From positions 78,744 through 142,743 of the forward strand of contig MNCI01002732.1 of NCBI GenBank assembly GCA_015680685.1: 64,000 nt of DNA. Direction: 5' to 3'. The notes under the pieces are model-generated. The model was not told the DNA's origin. It worked only from the letters and a program-made list of their open reading frames with translations, and made no database searches. This DNA comes from Gnetum montanum. Taxonomy: Eukaryota > Plantae > Gnetophyta. A program made the position numbers and the translations under genes. Positions within the stretch are counted from its first letter, which is position 1. Every line of letters starts with the position of its first letter. Below are positions 1 through 11,984 of the stretch, piece after piece.

Positions 1-818
1 CTCCAAATTCAGGCGAAAGAGAAGGAGAATGCTGCATTATCAACGGAACGTGACGATTTAAAAGCACAATATGAGTTCGCCGCAGCTAGATTAAATAATG
101 ATCGTGCTTGGCGGACCTCCGAGGTCACGTACACAAGGTATTGGAACCTTCTAATCGCCATGCAGGGCTGATACGAAGGCTAGGGGAGCGCAGAGCCCAA
201 ATCGATTTGCTGAACACCAAGTGTCAAGATTGGAAGGCTTTCGCCTCCAAAGTTCACAAATGGGGGCAAGATGAAAAGAACCACAAACACCAATACAAGA
301 AGTCGTTAAAAGAGGTTTCTATTGAGAAGCGACAGCTAGAGATGTTTGTGGAGGGACTTGGTCTGCGCTCCGCCTTTGACACCTTTGCCCAGAACATAAC
401 TGTAGAGATGGAGTCTCCCAAACAGCGGATAACGACAGCCTCTGGGGAGGTTTCGGTGGGCGAATTCCCTTTGAAACGTCCCACATGGTCGGGCGTTGAC
501 AAAGGAAAGGCTCTGGCTGATATCGACTTGGGTCTCGATGGGACGGACTGGGCAAGCATTCCTGAAGAGGAGATCCTACGACGGCTTGAATTCGGCTTGG
601 GGGGACCTCCTATGGTAAGCGTTTTGTCTCTTTTCGGAGTTAATTGATTGATTGATGTTTGAAATTTTAACATTCTCTCATTTTTGTGTTGATTATTTCC
701 TCTTTGGTCTTTTCAGGATGAAGGTGGGGACGAGACTGGAGAAGCTGGCCCCAGTGGAGCAGGGGTGTCTGATGCTGGTGGGCTTGAGGAGGATGATCCT
801 CATGCCCCAAGCGCTTAG
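1..818 (+). CDS. 3' part of an antisense, intron-containing accessory gene of element A (coiled-coil protein with acidic Gly-rich tail); exons 1-614 and 717-818; probable frameshift near 160-180
   Basis: Intron 615-716 (ATG|gtaagc...ttttcag|GAT) joins ORF 108-614 in frame to DEGGDETGEAGPSG...PSA*. Peptides KEKENAALSTERDDL and QIDLLNTKCQDWKAFASKVHKWGQDEKNHKHQYK match the minus-strand translation of 42280-42600 in C. Confidence 0.75.
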
Positions 819-1071
819 CATTTAAACGTCTTTTTTTTGTTTTTTTGTTTTCTTGAAACTTGTATTGATTCAAACTTGTATTGAAAGTGTAACTTGAATA
901 TTATGAAATAAAGAGAGGTGGTCGATTGTATATAATAATATGCACATATATGTATATATTTTTGTTTTTGATTTTGGGTTTAAGATGCCGTAGAATCATA
1001 AAATATTTTGGTTTGTTTTCTATTTTAAATGCGATACAGGAAGCGGTTAGAAGTAAGACGAAAAGCGGGCA

Positions 1072-1326
1072 CTAGTTTATGGCCATTTCGGGCCCCATGC
1101 GTAGTTTATCGCCATTTCAGGCCGTATGCGCAACCAAGGAATGTTTTGGAGAACACGGATAGACTTCTCGGGTAACCGATCATTGCTGATCGTGGCTAGT
1201 TTTATGTCATTGCGGACATGATAGTTTAGTGTCATTTCGGACCGGGGGTGGCTTCTAATTGTTTTTGTTGTTTTCTCATAGTTTAATGTCATTTCGGAAT
1301 TTTTATAGTTTAACGTCATTTCGGAC
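1072..1326 (-). repeat. Array of ~6 copies of the family motif (KCCGMAATGRCVHWAAACTA) with unequal spacers, just after the gag-protease stop
   Basis: Reverse complement reads gtccgaaatgacgttaaacta, ttccgaaatgacattaaacta, gtccgaaatgacactaaacta, gtccgcaatgacataaaacta, gcctgaaatggcgataaacta, gcccgaaatggccataaacta. Confidence 0.85.
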
Positions 1327-1340
1327 TAAGGATTTGCTTT

Positions 1341-4300
1341 CTATTTTAATCTTCTTTTGATATCCTTTATTTTTAAGTCAGAGGATGTACTGACAAGCAC
1401 AATTTTGTATTCAGCATCTCCCTCACTGATTATGTTGAATGGCAATTCAGCCCAGGGGACGTTTGCTGGAATGTTTTCGGTGGTTGTACTTTCGAGCGGT
1501 TCGGCATTGGTCGTTACTCCTGCGTTGTCTTCTTCACGAGGCCGCAGGTGTGGTGTGTCAGATAATGGCGTTTCGGTGTTGGGAGACTTTCGATCTGTGA
1601 CAGAGGGCTTGCCATCTGTTGGTGATCGGGGGTTCTCGTCACTTGGGCTAGGCTTTTCGATCTCTATTTGTGACCCTTGCTCTATTTCTAAGCTTGAAGA
1701 GATTATGGGAATTGTCGCTTCTCCATGTATAACGACTTCTCCGCCCTCGTAGGGCAGGTGAATTTCCTGATGTATGGGGGATGATACGGCTCTTAACTGG
1801 GCTAACCAGGGCCTTCCTAAGATGAGATTGAACCCTGGCATCTCATCGACTACCAAGAAATCAGCGGATGTAGGGAACTGGTTTCCCGCTATAAAGTCAA
1901 GGGTTATCGTGCCCTTGACTAATACGCGCGACCCGCTGAAGGATTTCAAACATGCAGTTGTCGTGGATTTGATCGCGTCTGTAAGCCCCAATTGTTCGAT
2001 GATTGGATATGGTACAACATTAGTGGCTGCCCCATCATCTACATGTACCCTATGTATCTTAAATTGGTTTATATGTATGGTTATAAACATGGGGGTCGTC
2101 GTCGTCTCACCGGTTGTTTTATCTATTTTGATGCTCTCGTCACGGAAGCTTAAGGCCTTAGGGCTGACCCCGCAAGGAGTGTGCATCACTGCATGGATTG
2201 CTGGTTCGCTCGGAGGCAAGTCCTCACTAACCGGGATAGATGTTAACATGCGTACAAGCGCTTCGCGGTGAGTCTGGGAAGTCAACACTAAATCATATAA
2301 GCTTAGAGATGTGTTTTTTTGTTTCAGTGCCTGAGTGACTTGCGTTAGGACCGTCGCGAAATCTCTGCTGTCAGGAGCATTTTGGTTGAGAGGGACCGGG
2401 TCCATCGGGCCCAGGAGTTTTATCTCGCGTTTTTGTGGTTTGTCGTTCTTGCGGATGTTAGCAGTTTCCCGTTGTTCGTGCGTCCGAGAGGTTTCGCCGC
2501 TGCTGCCTATGTCAAGTTGATTGTCAGATGATGCCATAGGTATGGAGCTAAGAGGTGTTGGTTTAGGTGGCCCCACAACTAGCCGTTGGCGTTCTCTCTC
2601 CACGCGTTCGCGTGTGAGCCTGTCCGCTAGGCGTTCTCGCGTGTTACAAGGACTTGGCCTCGGACCCTGGGATTGTCCATGGACCTTTACAACATATGGA
2701 GCAAGACGGGGTTGCGGGTATGATTGGGCAGGAGCCTGTGCGGGCACCCGGACGATGTATGGAGTTGGCCTTAGTGGAGATGGGACCTCCGTCATTGCAA
2801 CAACGGGTGGTACTCGGACTACAAAGGGGGCAGGCCGAGCGTAAGGTGTCGTTGTGCTCGCAGGATTAACGGGGAGAATGCGCACCACGTAGGGTTGTTG
2901 GCGCGTCGTCATGTTGGAGGCGGGTGTAATCGAGGGTACTTGGACTACGTATGGCCGTTGCGGGGTACGGGATGTCTGGGGTGCGAGCGCAGGCTCAGCG
3001 AGAGGGATTTGAACTACAAACGGCTTGTTAGATATTTTCTTATTCTCCGGGTGTATCATGTTAATGTGGGGTGTGTCGGGCTCATCTTCACAGTAAATCG
3101 TGCTAATTGTGTATGGAGCCTCCTTAGTATTTAGGGGGTCTTGGTACACTCCCATGGTTTGATTTTGTGGTTGGACGGGGTTAGCCTTGTCAAATGTGAT
3201 GCTACCTTCGTCAATCATCCGTTGGATATCCTGCTTCAAAGTAAAAAAGTAATCTGTTCCATGCCCCGGTCTTTGATGATAGTCGCAAAAGCGATCCATC
3301 ATGAACCCTTTGGGCATGGGGGGCTCATCTGGCGTTGCTAGGCTCGGATTCTGTATGAGTTGACAGAATCGGTCGTGTCTTTGTATGGCCGCATGGGATA
3401 ATTGTTTGTGGCTCATCAACCCAGCCTTTAAGAGTTGATTGAAGAGTTGAGAAGGCTTCATTGGCAGAGGCATGTATTGAGAGGGTTCTTTCCTCTCAAA
3501 ATTCTGTGTACGGTTTGTCGGATTCTGTTGCGGTGATGATTCCTGTGCGGTGGTTGTGGGCGGGGGGTGATAATAGTTAGTAGGTGGCGTCGGTGGCTTT
3601 TGTTGTTGCGTCCCTGCTACGGCCGCTATAGTGGTTTTAGTCTTTTCTTTGTCTTTCTTAGTATGTTGATTCTTAAAGGCTATGTACGCTGGATCGTGAC
3701 TGTTTTGGGCAGCTTCTTCAATGTTCTTAATTTGCTCGAACGCCTGACTAAGATCTCGCGCATTGAGGTAGTACAGTTTAGATTTAAAGAAATTGTTGAC
3801 GGCCCCTTTTAGGATCGTAAGTAGGTAAAATGGGGAGATCGGTTCATGAAGCTCGTTCAGAGCTGCGCTCCATCTTTGAATAAATTTTTGGACCGGTTCG
3901 AGAGGCCCCTGCTTAATCTGCATGAGGCTATCCAGCGTTGGCTCGGGTTTCAAGTTATACTTGAACCAGGTCACAAACTGGCGTATAAGGTCATCCAAAG
4001 CGCAGATGGAGTTCCTGGGCAAGGCACGGTACCAATCGAGTGCCCTTCCCGTAAGGGACATGGGGAACACCCGGAGGACAGCGTGGGGCCAAGCCTAGAG
4101 CAGGGCACATTCCAACCGGAATGTTATGAGGTGAGCGTTAGGATCTGTCTCACCATTATATTTGGTTAATGCTGGCAGAGGAACACCTTTGGGCAAGGTT
4201 AAAGGTGGGACAGAGGAGCTGATAGGGTCGTCATTGTAGAAATCTATCACTTTCATCTCCCCATCGTTGATAGTTTTGAGGCGTTTTACCTCGTCTGTCA

Positions 4301-5420
4301 ATTCCTGTATCATTCTTTTGTCATCTGCCCAATCCTGAGCGTTTGGGAGCAAGGTGGTTTGGGCTTGTGGCGCGCTGTATGGGTTAGACTGTTGAATGGT
4401 TGACTGGAAGGCTGAAAGTTGCGTTGTTGGGGGTTGCGTTTGCGGGAAGTGTATAGTAGATGGCATCAGAGGCACTACATTATAGAGAGGAAGCTGTTGC
4501 TGCTGTGGTCGTGGCTGTGCCTGAGGCACATGAATCGGTGGTAACGTGTGGGGCGGTATGTAGTGGTGGGAAGCCTGGTGCGACGTCGTGGCTGTCATCA
4601 GCCACTGTCCGGCCATGTTGTACGAGGAGGCCCCTTGTTGGGTTACGGCAGTGAAAGGGGGCGCATGCGTTTGGATATGCGGGATGTAGTGGGCGGGTGT
4701 GGACACAGGTATAACGTGTGGCATTCTTACCACTTGGGACTGGGCTTGAAACGTCACTCCTAGGTTGCTGTGAGGGGGCGGTGCTTGTGAGGATGAACCT
4801 GCAAGTGTAAAAGGGAAGGCATTGGACAAAGGGTGGCCCTGGGGAGGGACTTGAGCTGATGCGGATGTTTCTTGTAACAGTGCTTGGGTGTGGTCAGAGG
4901 TAATGGGTTGGAGGGGTGTGGTTTCCCCTGCGTCCGGGTTAAATACGGGGTTCACGTGGTTATGCGGACTGAGAGTATGATAGGAGCCTTCATGCTCAGA
5001 TTGCGCAGCAAATTCGTCCTCTTTATCCTGTTGTGGTTCTACCGTAACCTGATCTAACGATTGGCTCCTGTGCAGAAGGAGCTGCGTAAAGAGCTCCGAG
5101 AATTGCTCCGGAATGGGGATTACGTCGTATGGGGAAGGGATGAATTCATACCCCCCTCTGTAAAAGATCTCAAATTGCCTTTTTACTTCGATCTTAGCCC
5201 GGTCTACTGCCAGGCCAGCTTGTATCTTAATGCAAATGAAGTTATACTCGTCTTGGCTTATGATGTTAGCGACAGGGTCTCTCCCTTGCAACCTCAACAA
5301 TCGACGGGGCCCCATTGTGGATTGCCCTCCCATATGTTGTGTGGTGGGTTGCTGGGCAGCTGTTGTGTCTGAGATGTTAACGTTCTGGGTAGTAGCAGCA
5401 GTGATGTTGATGGGATTCAT
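1341..5420 (-). pseudogene. gag: Gag-aspartic protease polyprotein of element A, with one in-frame TAG at 4095-4097
   Basis: ORFs 4095-5420 and 1341-4070 are in the same frame. Motifs: KYNGETDPNAHL, FPMSLTGRALDWY (Retrotrans_gag), RFCDYHQRPGH knuckle, VHVDDGAATN and LILGRPWL (protease). Confidence 0.92.
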
Positions 5421-5532
5421 GATTATAGACGATTTGAGTGTGTGGAATTGATATGGATAACGGTGTATGCGGTGGCGTAGACGAGTTTACAGGCTAAGTA
5501 TCCGGCGTAAACGCTGGCGTAAGCATGTAGCG

Positions 5533-8500
5533 TTCACAAGGTTAAGCCAGAAATTGCACTAGCCATAAGGGACAAAATCACCAAGCTATATCAAGCTGGT
5601 TTGATCCATATAGTCGATTATTCAGAATGGGTATCCAACATCGTTGTGGTTTCTAAGAAAATGAAAGGAATACGGATTTGTATAGACTTTTGGGATTTGA
5701 ACAAAGTAATGATCAAGGACGATTTCCTGCTTTCGAGCATTGATCAACTCATCAACACTACAGCTGGTCATGCTCTGTTATCCTTCATGGATGGTTTCTC
5801 TAGCTATAACCAAATCTGAGCATCAGCTAACAACAACCTTCATGACCCCATGGGGTACCTTTTGTTACACCATGATGCCTTTTGGGCTCAAGAACGCCAG
5901 AGCAACCTACCAGCGAGCCATGACCTACATCTTTAGTGACTACATACTAGAAATGCTAAATGACTACGTAGATGATATAGCGGTTAAGTCCAAAGAGGCC
6001 ACTCATCACCCATGCGATCTAGGGGTAGTCCTCAAGTGTTAAATGCATGATTTGAGCCTTAATCCTAAGAAGTGTGTCTTTGGGATGAGAACTGGACGCA
6101 TGTTAGGATTTGTAGTATCGGAGGCCAGAATATGGGTGGACCCTAACAAAGTTAAGGCCATTGTCAACTTGGCACCTCCTACGAACCTTAAGGAATTGTG
6201 CGGTTTGCAAGGCAAGGTACAATTCATTCAAAGGTTTATAGCAAGGTTAACTGACAAGTTACACCCCATGCAACATGTTCTAAAGAAAGGGGTTAACTTT
6301 GAATGGACAACTCAATGTCAACAAGCCTTCGACAACCTGAAGAAAGAACTTTTGCACCTCCCAACTGTGCACCTGCCACAAAGGGATAAGCCTTTCTTCA
6401 TCTACTTTGCCATCTCTGACACATCTATCACAGCATTGCTATGTTAGAAATGAGACAATGGATTTGAGATACCAATGTATTATCTGAGTCATGCATTAGT
6501 AGCGCATGAGGAGAAATACAACAAAGTAGAGAGGAATTTCCTTGCCTTAGTGTTTGCGTTAAAAAAGTGGAGGAATTACCTGTTTCACAGTACAATCAAC
6601 ATTATTTGCAAAAAAAACATACTCTGAGCTATCACCAACAACCTGTATGAAAGTAGTAGGATAGCCCGATGGAAAGCAATAACCATAGAGTTCGACCTAC
6701 ACTATGTAAGCTAGTCGTCAACTAAGGGTCAAGCCATAGCAATGTAACTTATGACCTCACTCGTCGACGACCAGGCAACCATAGACCCCGAATTCCCAGA
6801 TGAGCATGTTAGCATTATCAACGCTGTCCCATTGCATATCGAAGCTATCTTTCACTTCGACGATGCCTTGACCACGCGAGAAGGCAATGCAGCTACCGTC
6901 ATCACGTTTCCCTCTGGGGAAATACACTCGTTTTCTTATCGTTTTACGTTCCCCTGCACCAACAACGTGGTAGAGTATGAGGGGTTACTCAGAAGCCTCT
7001 CAAATGCCCAAACATTATACATGCAACACTTGGCAATTCGCAGAGATTCACAACTAGTTGTGAATCAAATTACCAGGGTTTACACTTGCAAAGCTACGCA
7101 CCTACAACCCTACTGCGACCTAGCAAAAAGCCTGCTCGAACAGTTCGTAACCACAGATGTGCAACACATGCCATGCAACGAGAACACCATAGTAGATGCC
7201 TTAGCCACCCTAGCACTAAATATCCCACCACACTCGTTCGTAAATTTTCCTTCCTCGATCATCAAATGTATTGGACTTATCACTCAGGCGGGACATGTGA
7301 CCTCTATTAGTGCTGCGGACACCCAGGAGTGGTACGCTAACATTAAAGCCTACCTGCAACATGGCAAACCCCCAAGTGGATTGACATCTACCCAGAGAGA
7401 TGCGATCTGAAAGCATGCTTGGCAATACGTGCTCATGGGAAATGATGCCCTGTGTAGATGCTCCTATGACAGGATATTGTTGGCATTCATGGGTGGGGAG
7501 CAGGCGCAGAAGGTAGTTAATGAAGTGCATGAGGGACTGTGTGATGGATACATAGCACCTAGAGCTAAGGCTGCAAAATTAGATACCTAGGGTACTATTG
7601 ATCCCACATGGAGCATGACTGCTTATCGAAATTCAAGACATGTGACACATGCCAGAGGCATGCAAACCTCATACACATTGCACCTACGGAGCTGCATCCA
7701 ACGTAGATCACGGGGCCTTTCCAGCGATGGGGACTAGACCTCATAGGACCTATCACTCCCAAGTCCTCTGCAGGGCATAGCTTCATCATCACCACCACTA
7801 AGTATTTTACTAAGTGGATGGAAGCTATTCCTCTGAGGAAGACGACATCTCAGTAGATTTTCCACTTCATCTTGGATAACATCGTGACGAGGTTTGGGCT
7901 TTCGATGACTATTGTAACTGACAATGGACCACAATTCAGTAGTATGGAAACCTCAACCTTCTACAGCAATCTTGACATCAGGCAATCATTCTCCTCCCCA
8001 TACTATCTGTAGGTGAAGTAGGTAGAGGCTACAAATAAGACCATCATCAACTTGCTAAAGAGAATGCTCAACAATAGCAAGAGGCGATGGCATGAGCAAA
8101 TCCTCTATGTTCTATGGGCCTAAAGGACGACGTGCAGAACTGCGATGAGTAAGACTCCTTACAGTCTTAGTTATGGATTTGAAGCTATGTTGCCTCTTGA
8201 GTTGTAGGTACCATCACTCCAGATGATCCTATCTGATGTCATGAGGGAAGCCCAGAACAACAGGTCACAGATCATCGACCTCGACTCACTAGAGGAGGAG
8301 TGCGCACAAACCTTGAGTTGCATAGAGTACTAACAGAGCAAAAAATAGCAAAAGCACCATGCAATCCTGCATCAATGCCCAGTACAGAAGGGAGACGTCG
8401 TCCTCAAGCCCGTCCATGAGCATGTGAGAAAATTCTCAGCCAACTAGGAAGGCCATTACATGGTCACTAAAGCCTTTGGGAATGGAGCCTTCAAGCTGGC

Positions 8501-8567
8501 GGACATGGATGGCAACAAGTTTGCCAACCTGATGAACCACTTGTACCTCAAGCTATACTACATCTGA
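5533..8567 (+). pseudogene. pol: pol of element B: RT, RNase H, archaeal-type RNase H (aRH, ~6840-7215), integrase; many stops and frameshifts
   Basis: SFMDGFSSYNQI, MPFGLKNA, YVDD, LNPKKCVFG; aRH FD..CTNNVVEYEGL..DSQLVVNQ..N..VDALA; integrase H-H-C-C, WGLDLIGP, TDNG, NWEG. Confidence 0.93.
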
Positions 8568-8590
8568 GAGCATGGAGCAGACAGGCGATC

Positions 8591-8894
8591 ATCCGCTACG
8601 ACGTAAAACTAGCACAGAACATTTGCTATGACGTAAAACTAGCAAAGGTGAGCAAACGTCCGCTACGACACTAAACTTGCACAGCTTCACCACAGTCTGT
8701 TATGATTGTAAACTGGCACAACTCGTCCGCTATGACATAAAACTGGCAAGGATTGTTTGCTACGATGTTAAACTAGCAACACACGTCCGCTATGATGTTA
8801 AACTAGCATGTACGGTCTGCTGGGACCTTATGCCAGTGTAGCAGTCCATTGGGACCTTAAACTAGCACACAGTCTACCATGACCTTAAAATAGG
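8591..8894 (+). repeat. Repeat-spacer array: 10 x 24-bp motif (RTCCGCTAYGAYGTWAAACTRGCA) with 4-13 nt unique spacers
   Basis: Units read directly, e.g. atccgctacgacgtaaaactagca-cagaac-atttgctatgacgtaaaactagca-aaggtgagcaaac-gtccgctacgacactaaacttgca. Starts ~24 bp after the integrase stop. Confidence 0.9.
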
Positions 8895-10211
8895 TTTGCG
8901 ACACGTCCCCAGCATGCATCTACACCAAGCACACCATCAAGTGAGCCTACACAGTGCCGACGTGGGGTGGGACATTACAGTTCCAAAATGTAGTTCACGA
9001 TGCACTGAGAACATGATCTAGAACATATGCGATGCTGTTGCCCCTGGCACCTTGTTAATCCCCCTGAGGTGTTGTATGACACTTCAATGATGGTAGTTCC
9101 TCGGTCAGTGCCTACTACTGGAGTTCCAGCAGTATTGCAGCCCAGCCAAAATATTGCTACCCTCCAGCTCCCTGCTAGCGCCTGGGCTTAGATGACATTT
9201 AGCTATGTGGTAGCTAATCCCATAACTAAACTGAGAATGCATGCCTTTGGTAGTATTTCCTGAGCATCGGCATTCATAGCAACTGTTGATGTCCCAGATG
9301 CTGGCTCCTCCGCACCAATGCTACCAAGGCCATTGCTAGCCTTCCTACTTTGGACATCGTACACCAATAACAATTTCCAAGAGCTTCAATAATGTCTACA
9401 GTAAGCAAGACCTTCTCCCTCACTTCACATCATGGTTGTTTCTTTTGGTTCGCTCTTTATGTTTGCAGGGTATGTTCTGGTGAGGTGTTAGTCGAAGGTG
9501 CGTCTCGCCACAACAACAAATGCTACAACATTGTGAAGTGATTATCTTGATTATCTTGGCTACATTAGAGTGCACATTCTGCCCTCCTTCTTACATCTGC
9601 AATCCCCACTTGCTCCCCTCTTTTACAAGATTTTTCCAACACTTGTCAAGCCCTCCTATTTGCTCAACCATAAAACCCATGATGCACGTAACATAGCTCG
9701 CCGCATGGGAAGCAACTATAGGCAAGTTAAAACCCCACACAGATGTAACACAACTCATTCAGGGAAAGAAACACTCATCTTGTAATGAGGTTTTTTGCAA
9801 ATGTAAATGAAAAAATAGCAAAAGACAAAAGCATAAAAGAGCCAAAAAATTACACAGGCCTAACGCAAATGGCACGTATGTTATTTCGCAATCACCCTCT
9901 CCAAGCGTTTCAACAAGAGGTTGAAGGTCAATGAAAGTAAAGATGAAAATGCGAACAACTCCCTCATGAGAACTCTGACAAGGGACTCTGCTAAACCTCA
10001 TCTTTACCCCTTTGTTGAACCTCCTTCCTCCCTGCTTAGTCCTTCCCCCCCTCCCCTGCAAAAAAAACCAATGCAACACTCTCAAGCACAGCCAAGTGAC
10101 ATCTTGACAATCACCAAAAAGCAATGTTAGCATTTTATCTTCCGTGGTGTTTCTTATTCTTTGTCAATGTCTCTCGAGCCCATCCTCTAGACGTTGACAA
10201 AGAGGGGCCAA

Positions 10212-11984
10212 TGAAACACCCCAAAATTCCAAGGCATTCTTGCTTCACCAAGCCTTCGTAATCTAGGCAGCATCATGGCGGTTCTTTAGGAGAGGAACGC
10301 TCTAAGTTTACACTGACTAGTTCAAAAAATTTTCTACTCTCAGTGTAGACAGGCTCTATGGATTATCTTGCCTGCCCACCTAAGTAGTTTATCTAGTTGA
10401 CAATCTGCTCAGAAACGATGCGTAGAGTTACCAGCAGTGCTCAGGATGTGAGAAACAATTCGGCAAGTTTTCTAAGTCATGAAGTTTACTACGCTATGCT
10501 ATGCCACGCTATGTAGCATAGTAAGCTTCAGAAAATGATTGTAGAATGAAGTGCTATGCTATGATACGCTATGCAGTGTAGCACAGTGTAGCAAAATTTG
10601 GACAACCAGTTCCATCACTTGACTCTAAGTCTTTCGGCGATGGCTCCTTCCACAGAAAAATGGCTAACTTCATGAAAAGTAGGTCACATTGGTTGCTACA
10701 CCACGTAGCATAGCATGACATAGGAACTCTGCAAAAGTAACAAAGGCATCTCAAAGGGTGGGATCAGCAAGTTCGCAAGGTTCAGAGTGCAAAAGGAAAA
10801 ATTTGCAAATTGTCGACGTTTTGTAGATTGTGGATGTTTTTGCGACTAAGGCTGACTGCTATACTATGCTACACTACATAGCATCGCATAGTGTGGAAAA
10901 TCTACAACAAACAGTTAGCGCATGTCAAAGGCTCCCAGGACATGCAAAAGGACGCAACGCGAGTCTTTGCTTCTGGCGGCTATGCTACACTACGCCGCAT
11001 AGCGTAGCATGGTGTAGCAAGATGGTACACTACGCCAGTAGTCAACATAGCGTAGTATAGTAAGCAACTACGCCACATCTCCTTGCGTAGCAAGCTGCTA
11101 CGCTATACCCGCATGCTATGCTACAAAGCATAGCAAAACGCAGCACACAATTGTGCTACATAAATGCATTTCATCCGTTTTAATCGTTACTTCACCTAAT
11201 TGCACCATTGACACACGTCACCAAGCTCTAACAGTGTAATTACAACGTGGCAAGTTCACAATGACAGCATGGCAGGCTCATCCAACGAACAACACAGACA
11301 AGTCAACACAGGCCTAAGGCATGTGGTGTCCAAACCGCATCTTTCGCATGCCCTTGACCCTATAAATACCCTAATAAACAATTCTCAAGTGATCTTTTTT
11401 CAGATCTTTTTGGCTTGGTCGGTTGGCTGGTCCTTTAGCTAGTAAGCGAGCAAAAAGTTAGCATTGTATTCCTGAGCATTGTAAACATATTTTTTGACAT
11501 TGTAGATAGTTGACATTCCCATTTGGAATTTTTCTCTACTCCTTAGTGTTGTTCTCATAGCCCGAGTCCATGTTCAAGTATACAGCTGTCTCACTCTAGA
11601 TGTCTTGGCTACTCTTGGGAGCCTTGCACCCCTCAGCGCCATGCAACCAATTGTATCCACATTGATAGAGTGAAGTCACGTTCTTGAAGGGATGCATGTT
11701 TCTAACTGCATTTTACTTTGTCTCTTACTTATCATTGCATTTTACACTGTTTTCTACCTCTTTTACATTTAAGCATTATTTCATGCTATAAGTCTCATTC
11801 TCAAATTATATGGTTGCAAAAGGTTATATTAACACCGACTAAGTCTCTGTCTACTCGACCAGACTGTTCAGGGTGTCCCATTTCCATTTTATCCAACATG
11901 GCCATCCTGCGGATTTGGGGTTAAGACTGTCATGACCGATGACCTCTCGGTGTTTTCCAGCCATCGATGTTTTCGGTCACAACA
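10212..11984 (+). repeat. 3' LTR of element B
   Basis: Starts TGAAACACC after PPT 10199-10207. TATAAATA near 11361. Ends ...ggtgttttccagccatcgatgttttcggtcacaACA, resembling the C LTR end. Contains many GCTAC/GCTAT pentamers. Confidence 0.8.

Larger units (their letters stand above)
1..5532 (-). mobile_element. Tat/Ogre-type Ty3/gypsy element A (gag-protease plus start of antisense-gene interval; runs off the left edge; 5' LTR and PBS missing)
   Basis: Gag capsid, Zn knuckle and protease colinear with element C (38064-41822). CpG-rich with only one stop in ~4 kb, so younger than B and C. Confidence 0.9.
5533..11984 (+). mobile_element. Tat/Ogre-type element B, 3' half (RT-RH-aRH-INT, array, PPT, 3' LTR)
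   Basis: Colinear with C from 47061 onward. PPT AAAGAGGGG followed by an LTR starting TGAAACACC. Confidence 0.9.

Noticed and set aside
4095-4097. Programmed stop-codon read-through in gag
   Set aside because: The homologous codon in C is Gln (LLQQWPH) and lies inside the capsid domain, so CAG-to-TAG decay explains it.
1357-5451. Plus-strand ORFs overlapping A gag-PR
   Set aside because: Shadow frames of a GC-rich ORF; not conserved in C.
8591-8894. True CRISPR array
   Set aside because: Eukaryotic retrotransposon context, no cas genes, spacers only 4-13 nt and repeats degenerate; kept only as an architectural analogy.
10158-10203. Compensatory base changes in the PPT hairpin between B and C
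   Set aside because: GTCAAC/GTTGAC variants are both expected from CpG deamination of GTCGAC, so they are not covariation evidence.
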